Assembly: GCF_006345805.1 (NCBI RefSeq)
Contig: NC_043004.1
Coordinates: forward strand, 39,742,001-39,806,000
DNA from: Octopus sinensis
Taxonomy: Eukaryota
Direction: 5' to 3'
Length of the DNA stretch: 64,000 nucleotides
Shown piece by piece: positions 25,726 through 38,494 of this stretch (position 1 is its first letter; each line of letters begins with the position of its first letter). The translations under genes were made by a program, and so were the position numbers. The notes below the pieces were generated by a model that saw only the letters and a list, made by a program, of their open reading frames with translations, had not been told where the DNA came from and made no database searches.

Positions 25726-25845
25726 CTTTCGGTTGAAGGCTCGAAACGTAAAAGACTTCCTCACTTTCCCGAGTGTCAAACTAATACACCTGCTTGTTGT
25801 TCATACACCTGTCTTCGTCTTTTGTTTTTCTGTAAATTTCAACTG
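25726..25845 (+). mobile_element. Penelope-like short element, family F
   Basis: gctcgaaacgtaaaagac...acacctgtcttcgtcttttgtttt matches the reverse complement of 33977-34099 and 45916-46035. Confidence 0.6.
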
Positions 25846-26169
25846 TGTGTGTGTGTTTATGTGTGTGTGTGTGTTTGTGTGTGTATGTATATGTGCGTGT
25901 GTACACATACGCACACGACGGCCTTTATTCAGTTTCTGTATTCCAAATGCACTGGTCGGGCCGGGATTATAGTAAAAGGCACTTAACCAAGGTGGGGGCT
26001 GAACTCGGAACCATGTGGTTGGAAAGCAGGCTTCTTAACACACAGTTACGTCTGCGCTAAAAAGAAAATTACTTTTTAAGCAATTATTTCCTAATGAATT
26101 GATTTCTGTATTTCTTTGATAAATGATGTTTTTTGATAATTATTATCAACTTAATTTTGTTCACGTCAG

Positions 26170-26295
26170 GTACAAATATATGCAAAGAGGATGAATTTCA
26201 GTGCGACGCCAAAACATGTATTTCAGTAAAGTGGGTCTGTGATGATGAAACGGATTGCCCTAGAGGAGAGGACGAGATGGATTGTGACACATCAG
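26170..26295 (+). CDS. Exon: LDLa repeat 2
   Basis: [41 protein letters not shown]; cag acceptor, CAG|GTACC donor; 126 nt, phase 1-1. Confidence 0.9.
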
Positions 26296-27161
26296 GTACC
26301 ACGCTATTCGCCTTTCTCTTTTTAATTAAAAAATAATTAACTGAATTAGCTAATTTGCACACGTTTACCAGCCTTCTTTATAATGTCATTAGTGCTAATT
26401 AGTGCTAACGTTAACATGGTTTTATTTGTTTACTTTTTATTTGTATTTTTTAATTAATTAATAGTTTGATTAGAAACCACACGATTCATATTTGCAATGG
26501 AAAAGACAGTCGGAAGCGTGTTTTCATTACAAGGATATGCTTTTGAGATCGACTAGATATTAAATATTTTATCTTTTTATATGCCTCAGTGAGAAAATGA
26601 ATAGAGAGACTTCTTCGTGGGGTTTTATGAGAATGACAGTGAAAGAAACCACGAGAAATGGGTTGTTGCTGTGACAAAAAAGGAGCACATCGAAATTTCA
26701 TACCACCTTTTAGCTCTTTTGAGACACACGGTGTTTTGGTATGTGTAGCGAAACAGACCAAAGTTTTTATTTTCTGTTGAGATTGAAATTGATGGGTGCA
26801 TGTAGAAAACAAAGGAAAAAGTACCTAAAACTACTCGAGTGCCTTTAATAAAGTGCACTTTATTGCAAGAAATTGCGCCAGGTCTCCGGTCTAAGGAGAT
26901 CTTCCCGCAAAAGTTCATGTGTACTGTCCTTCTTCCTCAGAGCATGAATATAATTTTAAAACCCTTCATATCAAACGAACTTAGAACTAACTCACCTGGC
27001 CGTTCCCTTTCTTTTGGACATCAAAGTGTTTTTTGAACTTGGCAACATCATAAACACAGAAAGAGAGTAAAGACTGGCTTCTTCATATAAAATTAAATTC
27101 ACCCCGAGGTCGATTTGCGTACCCAGTAAAATAAGATCCTAGTAAAATACTGGTATCAATA

Positions 27162-27353
27162 CGAGGGGTTGCTGAAAAGTTTTTGGCATCAAGAGTGTGG
27201 CAAAAGGCCTGGTTGGAGGCCAAACTTCCGAGTTCTTTTACAGGGCTTAGAAAAACTGAAGGACTGCCGCAATAAGTGTGTGAACCTGGGAGGGAAATAT
27301 GTTGAATGAAATCATAATTAGCCTAACCCTAACCCAGAAACTTCAACAACTCG
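27162..27353 (+). mobile_element. mariner-derived MITE or deletion element
   Basis: TA plus CGAGGGG terminus, degenerate ...aactcg plus TA at the right; retains a mariner-like C-terminus GLEKLKDCRNKCVNLGGKYVE*. Confidence 0.7.
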
Positions 27354-27573
27354 TATACTCGACTAAATTTTCTCCTTGTTTCCAATCCAAATAAAAGCCG
27401 TGTGTCTGCTTCCTTTCAACAATCTCAAACAAAGGACAAAGAGGGGGAGAGAGGGGGAAATAGACAGAGGGACAGACAGACAGACATACAGACTGGCAGA
27501 TAGACAGACAGACTGGCAAGCAGGCAGACAGACAGACAGACTGGCAGGCAGGCAGACAGACAGGCAGACAGAC

Positions 27574-27641
<68 letters not shown>

Positions 27642-28574
27642 ACAGATAGATAGATAGATGAAAGGTAAAATTGATTTCAACAGAATTTGAACTTGAAACG
27701 TAAGGAGATGAATTTACGCTGTTCTGGAGAATACTTAGTCTTGTCATCGTCTTTTGGTCTACTGAAATTCTGATTCATCCTTTCATCGATTGAGCTTCAT
27801 TCCAACAGAGATTATTCATACTTGATGATGAAAATGGAACTTCAAACGCTATGAGAATTCTGCTAAACAACGTTTTAGTCTATTGAAAAAGAAACATCAT
27901 ATAATATATATACACACACACGCACATTTTTGTTCGTTAATTTTCTATTAGAGAAAAACGGTTGATATTAAAATAGTAAAACAAAGCGATAAACTTCCGT
28001 ACAGTGTTTAGTATTGAACCACAAAGAACTGGCTTTGTCTCCCACGAGGCTCAACTTTAAAAGAAGTACCCACTGGAACTGATGTGATCACTTATATTCA
28101 TATTTTAAACCCTGTTGAGCCAACATTGGTAAGGACGATTGACTGGAATTTATGACGTAAAGTGAGTCTATTTATTATGTATGTGTTTGTGTGTGTGTGT
28201 GTGTGTGTGTGCGTGTGTGTAAAAATATTCATTATGCCTAAGTTAACAAATAGGAGGCTATGACAAAAAAAATATTGATTTGTAACATTGGCACATGGCC
28301 ACAAAGTTTCGAGGAGGTGGGCAATCCATTAAATTGATCTCCGTCCCCAATATGGTAGAATTTTAAAACTAGAACGTCGAAGTATGTAAGTAAAATGGAC
28401 GCAGGTATAACTGCGTGTTTAAGGCGTTTGCTTTGCAACCTTAGCTTCTGAACTCGATCCCACTTCGCTGGTATTTGGAATAGGTTCACATCGTGAGTGT
28501 AACTTCGTAGACAGAAATATATTCCAGCCATATATTTGTGTGCATGCACATAACATGGGCGTATAGTCTCTTTT

Positions 28575-28804
28575 ACTCTTTTACTTGTTTCTGTCATGTG
28601 ACTGTGGCCATGCTGGAGCACCGCCTTTAGTTGAGAAAATCGACCAGGACTTATTCTCTGTAAGCCTAGTACTTATTCTATCTGTCTCTTTTGACGAACC
28701 GCTAAGTTACGGAGACGTAAACACACCAGCATCGGTTGTCAAGCGAAGTTGGGGGGGGGGACAAACACAGACACACAAACATATACAAATACACACACAC
28801 ACAT

Positions 28805-28857
<53 letters not shown>

Positions 28858-29104
28858 GAAAAAACAATTCAGGATAGAAAATGCTAAAATAATTTTATAA
28901 AGAACATTTCAGTGCCGGTTCCAGTCATTGAGACCTTTTCAACTGTAACAATTAAATACTTAAATTTAGAAAAGTTTTTTAAAAGAATATGTATAGTGTT
29001 CAAATATAAGTGGCATTTTCCTTGTTTCTGCCTTTCTCTGTCTCTCTTGTTTACTCTTGTGGGTTCGAGGTCGTCGTTCCTTTTCATCCTTATATATATA
29101 TATA

Positions 29105-29138
<34 letters not shown>

Positions 29139-29318
29139 ATATACATATATACGACGGGTTTCTTTCAGTTTCCGTCTACCAAATCTACTCACAAGGCTTC
29201 GGTCGGCCCAAGGCTATAGTAGAAGACACTTGTCCAAGGTGCCACGCAGTGGGACTGAACTCGGAACTATGTGATTCGTAAGCAAGCTACTTACCAAAAA
29301 GCCACTCCTACGCCTATG
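28575..29318 (-). mobile_element. SINE family B, split at its internal microsatellite by about 300 bp of other sequence
   Basis: 3' half at 28575-28800, 5' half at 29120-29318. Confidence 0.75.
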
Positions 29319-29431
29319 AATATCTATACATACAATATATACATATAGATGTGTGCATGTATGTTCGGTTTTATATGAAATTATGTAAAAACAATTTAAT
29401 ATAAATCTGAAAGATTACTCAATATTAAATG

Positions 29432-29639
29432 ATATATTTATTGATTTTTTTACTAGGAAACAGTTGACTGTAACTTAGAAGCATCGGGCTCGCCGTCGCG
29501 TCGGTACGCGCGGCCCGACCCCTCCACGCGTGGGGTCAGTCGTCCCTCCGCGACGCGCAGCAGGCGTTCGGCCGGCGGCGAACAATCGATTAGGAACTGG
29601 TCTTTTTTGAGAAAACCCATGAAAGATAGATAGACAGAC

Positions 29640-29683
<44 letters not shown>

Positions 29684-29861
29684 GGACAGACAGACATTTG
29701 TCGGTAGATAATAATTGCATGTTTTTTTTTCATATATATATAATAGTGGTGATGATGATGAAAACGGAATTGATTTCTTTAATTACCTTAAGGGTAACAA
29801 CATACGATAGATACCAACAACCCCTTACAAAAGCTGGGGTAACATAAAAACATCTTACACA

Positions 29862-29915
<54 letters not shown>
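29432..29915 (-). mobile_element. Family G repeat: CpG-rich core plus GATA/GACA microsatellite; inverted copy at 32031-32281, partial copy at about 11200-11460
   Basis: 29432-29724 is the reverse complement of 32031-32281; 29640-29915 matches 11200-11460. Confidence 0.75.
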
Positions 29916-30799
29916 GTACTATTTTCGACAACATAAGCACAAAACCACACATTTTGGAGAAGGCGGAACGTGATTAAATCGCCCTTTATACTCACTGGAA
30001 TGTTAAGGACTTCTCTTCCCTAACATAAAATAATCACTTAATGATATTAGATATAAAATGAACTTTTGGCAAAATGTTTTAGTCATATTCTCTAATGCAT
30101 TCAAGAACATGCTCTATATGTGTGTGGAAAGAGAGATATAATGAATTATAAAACAGCTGAAAAACACGTAGATAATTCTAGTGAAAACAGTTTTTTTTTT
30201 TTTAGTAGGAAAGAACAGAATTATTTCTCTCTCTCTCATTCTGAAGCCGGGATATGACTCTGCTGTGGGAAACGTAAAGCATGCATGTGGATTTATTCGT
30301 AATCAATGATGAAACATTCTGAATCGAAACTAGGCACACCGTAGAACAAGTATTGTCTAAACGTGATTTCGTAAATGAGAATTTGTTAAAGATTCAGTTG
30401 AATAATAACGAAATAAAAGTGAGAGGTTGGTGCAAAAAATATGCGTAGATTCTTGAAGAGAGGTTATGAGGAAATGAAAGCTCCGTGAGTTCTGTCGTAA
30501 ACGAAAGTGCAAGACGATCTACCACGATACTACTCACTCATCACTATCATTATCGTCCACTTTTCCATACATCAGAATTCCCCTGCAGCCATTTCTTTTC
30601 TTCATTTTTTTTGTGGGAAGTAGCTGAATTCTTTTTCTGTCACCAATCCTCGGTTATTTCCAAGCAAGATAGTATTTCTCTATGGACAGACTCTATTTTC
30701 GCTGAGGATTGGATGCGTGAGACACCACTTGTATGACAGTGATGTTTGTCTACATTTCTCACGCGATGTCAAGACAAGGAGACATACACACACACACAC

Positions 30800-30883
<84 letters not shown>

Positions 30884-32030
30884 GTTTTCTATGTTAGTTT
30901 CTATCGACCAGATCCACCCAGGCTTTGGCCACGCCGAGGATGCGCAACTCACTGCGACTGAACCGGAAACCATGTGATTTGGAAACAAACTTCTTGACCT
31001 TACAACTTTGTCAGTCTTGGTTAAGGAATCTCAAAATGAACAGTAATATTCCAAAATATGGTAAACTCCAAAGATCTCTCTGTAAAACCACAACGGAAAC
31101 CTTAAATAGACCACTACCATGATAATAACGCAGAAAAACATTGACTAAGGATTGATGGAGGGAAAACAGTTTTTTTAAATCCTCGTGGGTCTGCAAATTC
31201 CAAAGATCCTCTCATTTCTGCAAAGAGTATACGATAAAATGTAAACAGATTTTAAAATATAAGCCTTCTGTAATTTAATAACACAAGAAAAAGGAAAATA
31301 TCTGTAACTACTCATTGAAATATTCATTGAAAAATATTCATTTACAACAATCAACAGAGGTCATTTCCTGGTTACCGCAGATTGGTTGCCAGTAACGGAA
31401 CGTATAATCCAACCATAAACATCGCTGTTATTCCTGGGGTTGTAAAAGACTAGGAAACGAGTACTGAAAAAATAAGGAAAGCTTATTGAAGAACGTTTTC
31501 ATATACGAAGTGCTTTCATTTCTAAAGTAATTTCTCCAAGAAAATTGTAAATTGAGTAAACAAAAGTTGAATATACATCAATTAAAAGTAGACAAGAACC
31601 TCAAAATATATGACATTCGGATCCTGACAGTATAATCAAAATATTAAAATATGGGGTCTTTAATAAATTTAATTTAAGCTAGGAAAAGGCTGTATGTAGC
31701 TAAGGTAATGAATATAGATTGAAAAGTAAAGAAACGATATAGAATTTGCAATAGACAGACATGTAAATGAAGAGATGGAACAAAGGTTTTAATGTAATTA
31801 CTTGTCAGGACTGTAAACGAAATGTATAAAGCGTATAATAGATAAGCAGGTTTCGAATATATTGTAACTTTAAATGTTTAAAGAAACTTTCAAGACTTAA
31901 GGAAATGCAAACAATGAGAAATGGTTAAATGAGTTAAGGTACGGGAAAAGAAAAACACAAATCTGTAAATTAGTTCATTCAGATGGATGACAGATGTTAA
32001 TCAGCCGAATCAGCAGATATTAATCAGCCG

Positions 32031-32281
32031 AAAACATGCAATTATTATCTACCGACAAAAGTCTGTCTGTCTATCTATCTATCTATCTTTCATGGGTTTT
32101 CTCAAAAAAGACCAGTTCCGAATCGACTGTTCGCCGCCGGCCGAACGCCTGCCGCGCGTCGCGGAGGGACGACTGACCCCACGCGTGGAGGGGTCGGGTC
32201 GCGCGTACCGACGCGACGGCGAGCTCGATGCTTCTAAGTTACAGTCAACTGTTTCCTAGTAAAAAAAATCAATAAATATAT
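32031..32281 (+). mobile_element. Family G repeat, second copy
   Basis: Near-identical inverted copy of 29432-29724. Confidence 0.75.
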
Positions 32282-32610
32282 AATTACTTTTTACTACCAT
32301 ATTAAATCGTTTCAGCTTATCTGTTTAAGGTTTAAATTTAAATTTGGTTTGAAAAGGTCAAAGTCATGCTTATAGCGAATAGAGGGTCACGTGGATTACT
32401 GGAAGAAGAAAACTCTTAAACATATGAATAATGAGATCGCGTAGAAACTCCCACATTGTTTCGTTAACGGGTATTTATCGATGCTGAATATCACTAAAGC
32501 AATCCAATGAGATCATCTATATGCTAGAAGTAACAAACCTCTTTAATCGAACTCTACTGGCTCAAATAATGAATACTTTGGACAATGCAGTTCATGTTAT
32601 ATATAACAGT

Positions 32611-32842
32611 AGGCGGCGAGCTAGCAGAATCGTTAGCACGTCGGGCGAAATGCTTAGCGGTATTTCGGTTGCCGTTACGTTGTGAGTTCAAATTCCGCCG
32701 AGGTCGACTTTGCCTTTCATCCTTTCGGGGTCGATAAATTAAGTACCAGTTAAGCACTGGGGTCGATATAATCGACTTAATACCTATGTCTGTCCATGTT
32801 TGTCTCCTCTATGTTTAGCCCCTTGTGGGTAATAAAGAAATA
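32611..32842 (+). mobile_element. SINE family A, complete monomer with tail A1
   Basis: ggcggcgagctagcagaatcgttagc head through gggtaataaagaaata. Confidence 0.88.
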
Positions 32843-33070
32843 GTTATATATAATAGTAGGATATTCATGGCTTGACCTGGGACAAAATAACATCATCTCT
32901 AGGGCTGCATTTTTCTTTTGTTTTTGTTTTTTAATATTTTGTTTTTCGCTATCGCTTATTCAGTTAAGAAAGACCACTACCCGTATCCATTCTGTAGCCT
33001 CCATTGTTGGTAAGAGGAATTGAGGAATATGTTCTGAGACCAAGAACATAGTTTGAATACTTGCAATACA

Positions 33071-33480
33071 TAGGCGCAGCAGTGGCTGTGTGGTAAGTAG
33101 CTTGCTTACCAACCACATGGTTCCGGGTTCATTCCACTGCGTGGCACCTTGGGCAAGTGTCTTCTACTATAGCCTCGGGCCAACCAAAGCCTTGTGAGTG
33201 AATTTGGTAGACGGAAACTGAAAGAAGCCCGTCGTATATATATATATATATATGTGTGTGTTTGTGTGTCTGTGTTTGTCCCCCCCCAACATCGCTTGAC
33301 AACCGATGCTGGTGTGTTTACGTCCCCGTCACTTAGCGGTTCGGCAAAAGAGACCGATAAAATAAGTACTAGGCTTACAAAGAATAAGTCCTAGAGGTGG
33401 GGCGATTTCCTCGTCTAAAGGCGGTACTGCAGCATGGCCGCAGTCAAATGACTGAAACAAGTAAAAGAGTAAAAGAGTAA
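33071..33480 (+). mobile_element. SINE family B
   Basis: Full consensus from taggcgcag to (TAAAAGAG)n. Confidence 0.9.
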
Positions 33481-33609
33481 TACAGCCAAAGAGAAAAGAG
33501 TATTGTTACACAGGGCAGCATTTTATGTCGCATCTAAGTTGTTTATGCTGTCTCCTTTTTAAGGAGTTCTTTAATTTCGTGTTTTGTTTTTGTTTTTCCT
33601 TCTCTTTAG

Positions 33610-33735
33610 GTAACCAGAACTGTCAACACAACGAAGTCTCTTGCGGCGATGGCAACTGCATATCAAAAGAATGGTTGTGTGACGGTGAACCGGATTGTCT
33701 CAACGGAATGGATGAAAAGTCTTGTAACGACAGTG
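33610..33735 (+). CDS. Exon: LDLa repeat 3
   Basis: [41 protein letters not shown]; long polypyrimidine tract plus tttag acceptor, GTGAGT donor; 126 nt, phase 1-1. Confidence 0.92.
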
Positions 33736-33976
33736 GTGAGTCGCCGTATTTTCGCAATATTTATTATTGAATGTATATTGTCCCACCTCTAATTATTAAA
33801 TGATTTACTGAACTTTTCTTTTTTTTTTTTATTCACTACATCAAGTTTTTAGTACTCACTCAGCTATTGCATTTCATACTGACGGTGCCCCTAAGTTATT
33901 CACCTCAGTCACCATAATATAGATTCAAACATATCTATACATTCATATATAATATATTATATATATATATATATAT

Positions 33977-34099
33977 AGGGAGAGTTTACGAAAAAAACAA
34001 AAGACGAAGACAGGTGATGTACAAAACAAACAGATGTATTAGTATAACGCTCAGGAATAGAAAAAAGCCTTTTATGTTTCGAGCCTATGCTCTTCTACA
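33977..34099 (-). mobile_element. Penelope-like short element, family F, (TA)n-flanked, with a degenerate hammerhead-like motif
   Basis: Homologous to 45916-46035; minus strand TGTAGA-AGAGCATAGGCTC-GAAAC. Confidence 0.6.
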
Positions 34100-34109
34100 T
34101 ATATATATT

Positions 34110-34267
34110 TTACTTATATCTTTTGCTTGCTTCGGTCACTAGACTGCAGCCATGCTTGACCGCCACCTCAAAGAAACTTCAGTTCTTATTTTCTTTTAAG
34201 CCTGGTGCTTATTCGGTCTCTTTTGCCGAAACGCTAATCTACAGGAACATAGACACACCAAAACACA

Positions 34268-34302
<35 letters not shown>

Positions 34303-34460
34303 CACACATACATACACACACATACATACACGCACATATTACTATCTACGAAATTCACTCGCAAGGCTTTAATCGACACGAGGCTACAGTAGAAAACACT
34401 TTTCCCAAGGTGCCACGCAATGGAACTGAACACGCAACAAAGTGGTTGGAGAGCAACACA
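34110..34460 (-). mobile_element. SINE family B, diverged
   Basis: Recognisable tail (ctgcagccatgct) and head (ccaaggtgccacgcaatgg) as reverse complements. Confidence 0.7.
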
Positions 34461-34644
34461 TACACATACATGCATACACACACATACGCACACATACACA
34501 CACACACACACACATGTCTGTATGTATCTATATATCTCATTATTCCGTTTTATTTCAAGAATTCTTGTCAACAAAGAGATTCGGTTTCTAGTCTAAATCC
34601 AAGACCCTTCATTGGAATTTCAGCATCAACGGGGTATTTTTTAA

Positions 34645-34675
<31 letters not shown>

Positions 34676-35721
34676 TGTTTAACCATGGCTGTATCGATTC
34701 TATTTGTTCTTGCTGCATTTGTTACTATTGAAGTTCTGGCGTTTGTTGTTGCTTTCAGTGTTTTTTTTGGGTTATTGGGATAATAATAATAATAATGGAA
34801 CACCCCTCCCACGTGACGAGTAGTATGTGTTAGTCGTTACAAATACTGTGACGTCAAGAAAGTCGAGGTAGTCAGTCATAGACAGTCGTGTCTTCCTTGT
34901 CTAACTATACTGCTATACTGGACTGGACGTTATAACAGTCCGACGTTGGATTACAACAGCTTGTTTTACCGATCTCTTCAGACTCTTCCTTACCTTCTAC
35001 TTCCTCTTCTTTTTCCTTGTATACCAGCAACGGTGATCTAACCATTGCTACTGGTGTTGCTAATGTTGTTCCTGTTAGTGTAGTTGCTATTACTAAATAT
35101 CCAATAGTTGTTGATGTCATCGTTGTTGTGATTACTGCCGTTATTGCTATTGTTGTTGTGATTGTTGTTGTTGTTATTGTTGTTGTTGCTGTTGTCGTTG
35201 TTACTTATTATGTTTCATTGTTGCTTATCTCCTTGATGTCACTGCTGTTAATACAGTTATTCTTTACGCATATTTACTCTATTATCGTCGTTGCAGCATT
35301 TATTTAGTAACAAATATTGATAGTAAAATATAAATAAGCATAATAAGAAAACTATAATTGAATATTTTAACAAATAAGGAGGACGAAAACATGTTTTTTT
35401 CCCACACACACAACGAAAGTATAGAATGATATTATTTGCATTCTTATATAATTCTTTATCACAACTAATAGCTTCCTAGTACTTAAATGAATAAATTTAA
35501 ATACTTCAGCAATGTAACCATTATATATGCACTCGTTCAGTCATATATTTGTAATCGCTAGCTATTGTCTGTGTATTCTGTTAACAATTTTATATTCCTG
35601 TGGTTTGTTATGTTATATTTTTTACAATGTAGTATTCGTTAGAATTAGTTCAACAGAGTTGTTACAGTGGCGAACAAAATGCTATTATGCGTTAGTTACT
35701 TACAACTATATGTATCCTGGT

Positions 35722-35975
35722 GGGGTCGCGCGTGGCTTAGTGGTTAGGGTGTCAGCATCATGATCGTAAGATTGTGGTTTCGATTCCTGGACCGGGCGAC
35801 GCGTTGTGTTCTTGAGCAAAACACTTCATTTCACGTTGCTCCCCTTCACTCAGCTGGCAAAAGTGAGTAACGCTGCGATGGACTGGCGTCCCATCCAGCT
35901 GGGAAACACATACGCCATAGAAACCGGGAAACCGGGCCCATGAGCCTGGCTAGGCTTTAAAAGGGCGCATTTATT
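35722..35975 (+). mobile_element. SINE family C, tail type C3
   Basis: cgcgtggcttagtggttagg head, shared core, tail aaaccgggaaaccgggcccatgagcc...aaaagggcgcattta. Confidence 0.85.
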
Positions 35976-36218
35976 ATTTTATATGTATTCTGAGTTCAAT
36001 TCTCACTAAGGTAAACTTTGGTTTACACCCTTCAGGCCTCGATAAAATAAATTGCCAGTCAAGTAAAAAACAAAAAGTGGGGGAGGAGAACGAGTATCAG
36101 TCGAATTATGGCGGTTGATGTAATTGATTTCCCTCGTCCCTCGAAATTATTGATCTTATGCAAATATTCAAAACGTCGTCGTCGACGTCATCATCATTAT
36201 TATATATATTTTTTATTA

Positions 36219-36650
36219 TGGCGAGCTGGCAGAATCGTTAGCACGCCGAGTAAAATGCTTAGTAGCATTTCTTCGTCTTTACGGTTTGAGTTCAAATTCT
36301 GCTGAGGTCGACTTTGCCATTCATCCTTTCGGCGTCGATAAATTAAGTACCAGTTACGTACTGAGGCTGATCTAATCGACTGGCCCTCTCCTCAAAAATT
36401 TTCGGGCCTTGTGCCTAGAGTAGAAAAGAATTTTTCTCTTACTTTATAAGGCAGATACGTTAACACGCCGGGCAAAATGCTTAGCGACATTTCTTCGTCT
36501 TGACGGTTCTGAGTTCAAATTCCGCCGAGGTCGACTTTGCCTTTCATCCTTTGGGTGTTGATAAAATAAGCATCATTTGAACACTGGAGTAGATCTAATC
36601 GACTTACCCCCTCCCCCGGTATTGCTGGTCTTGTGCCAAAATTTAAAACC
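36219..36650 (+). mobile_element. Two adjacent family A SINEs (tail A2) followed by a (TTA)(TCA)(TTA) tract
   Basis: Copies at about 36219-36428 and 36455-36650. Confidence 0.85.
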
Positions 36651-36671
36651 TTCTTTATTATTATTATTATT

Positions 36672-36737
<66 letters not shown>

Positions 36738-36741
36738 TCAG

Positions 36742-37175
36742 ACGATCTCAATCCAAACACCGTTGTACCACCAGTGTCAACCGATAACCAGGTGAAGCCG
36801 ACGCGAACCCAGCGACCGAAACGTCGTTCGACTGTTCGCTCTAGCGCTGCTATAACCACCACCGCTGCAACGAGCACCATTTGGACCACATTTAAGGGAT
36901 CAATATTTGGTGCTAAAACCACTGCTACTACCACTACAACCCCATTCATCATCTCTACTACAACTTCTACTTCATCTGCCACCACTTCTACCACCATTAC
37001 CACCCCAACTGAGGCCACAACTATTACTACTACCACTACTACCACCACCCCCAAGCCCACTACTACTACTATTCCAACTACCACTACTACTGCTACTACA
37101 ACTCGTAGAACTAACCCACCATTTTACGTAACCATCCCAAGCAAAAAAGCGACCAAAGAAACATCGACATCCAAG
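36742..37175 (+). CDS. Exon: Thr-rich mucin-like (O-glycosylation) stalk
   Basis: tttcag acceptor in phase 1 (joins LDLa3 as GAC); open frame DDLNPNTVVPP...TSTSK with mixed Thr codons rather than a pure repeat; AAG|GTATT donor, phase 0. Confidence 0.75.
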
Positions 37176-37523
37176 GTATTCCCTTAATTTCATTAAGTTT
37201 AATTAATTTCCTTACATTCAGAGTCACACAGACGGTTACGAACACTTACATTCATACATACATGTTTCAAATAACTGATAGGGAAGATAGTGTGTACGTT
37301 AAGCTTTATTTAGCATGATGATCGTTTCAGATTATATAACTGCATTGCTCCCTAGTAAATGGGGAACGATATAATGGAATCGAATACACTCCATAGTGCA
37401 GAAGAAACCTCATCAGGTTACATACGCTAGTGCGCGTGGCAGGATTGTAATAGTATGATGCGTGTGTTTGGAGTAGTGCACATATCTATTAAAGAGACAA
37501 GATGTTTGCTATGCATTCGGAGA

Positions 37524-37560
<37 letters not shown>

Positions 37561-37759
37561 GTATATATATATATATAATATATATATATATAATATAGAT
37601 ATATATATATATATGTATGTATATATTTATGTATATGTATATATTTATGTATATGTATATATTTATGTATATATATATTTATGTATATATATATATAATA
37701 TATATATATATATTATATATAATATATATATATATATCTATATATATATATATTTAAAT

Positions 37760-38099
37760 GGATGAATGAATTATCCTTTGTTTACCGTTAACATGGAAAA
37801 TTCAATAACAGTTACCAGGGTAACAAAATTCACGCAAGTAACACGGATGAAGGTAGAAACTCCGGGTTAATGTGCAGTAATTTGTGTATTATAAGTAAAT
37901 AAATGGAGTTGAACGAAGATGTTATTAAAATTGTGTTTATCATTTAGGCAATCATCGTAATTATTATAATGTCTTGTTGCTGAGAAGATTGCATTTTACA
38001 CCGTTTATTCCTTTGGAATAAAACCATGCTGTCTTCGAAACATATGTCGAAAGTAAAAGAATTTTAATAGCATCTTCGTTCAACTCCATTTATTACTTG

Positions 38100-38102
<3 letters not shown>
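37760..38102. mobile_element. (TA)n-flanked element with inverted arms of about 44 bp (Penelope-like remnant)
   Basis: taagtaaataaatggagttgaacgaagatgttattaaaatt (about 37891-37933) versus its reverse complement at about 38060-38102. Confidence 0.5.
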
Positions 38103-38149
<47 letters not shown>

Positions 38150-38444
38150 AGAGAGAGAGAGAGAGAGAGATAGTGTGTGTTTGCTTGTTTTTATGTTAAG
38201 CTATAGTACAGCCAATTAAGGCGAATATATATTTTTAGAGTACTCAATATATTTTTTAGAGTACAAATTTAGCTTTCTTTGAAAAGAATGTTGTTGACAG
38301 TAGCTTCAATGTTTCTGGCAGTTAAGCCATCAACAATCTGTCCGATGATGACTTAGCTGTCCGTAACATCGTGGTAGCTGTCAATGGCTGTCAATACTGT
38401 TCTTGTTAAAGAATTCTATAATTCATATATGTATGTATATATAT

Positions 38445-38494
<50 letters not shown>

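Noticed and set aside
31000-31700. Possible decayed LINE coding sequence between the family G repeats
   Set aside because: No convincing RT or endonuclease motif could be read in any frame
36633-36741. Poly-Ile N-terminal extension of the Thr-rich ORF as a signal or TM segment
   Set aside because: It is the (TTA/TCA)n SINE tail upstream of a good splice acceptor
37978-38055. CTGAGAAGA...TCTTCGAAACATATGTC with palindromic stem III and a GUC site
   Set aside because: The core lacks three nucleotides and stem I does not pair
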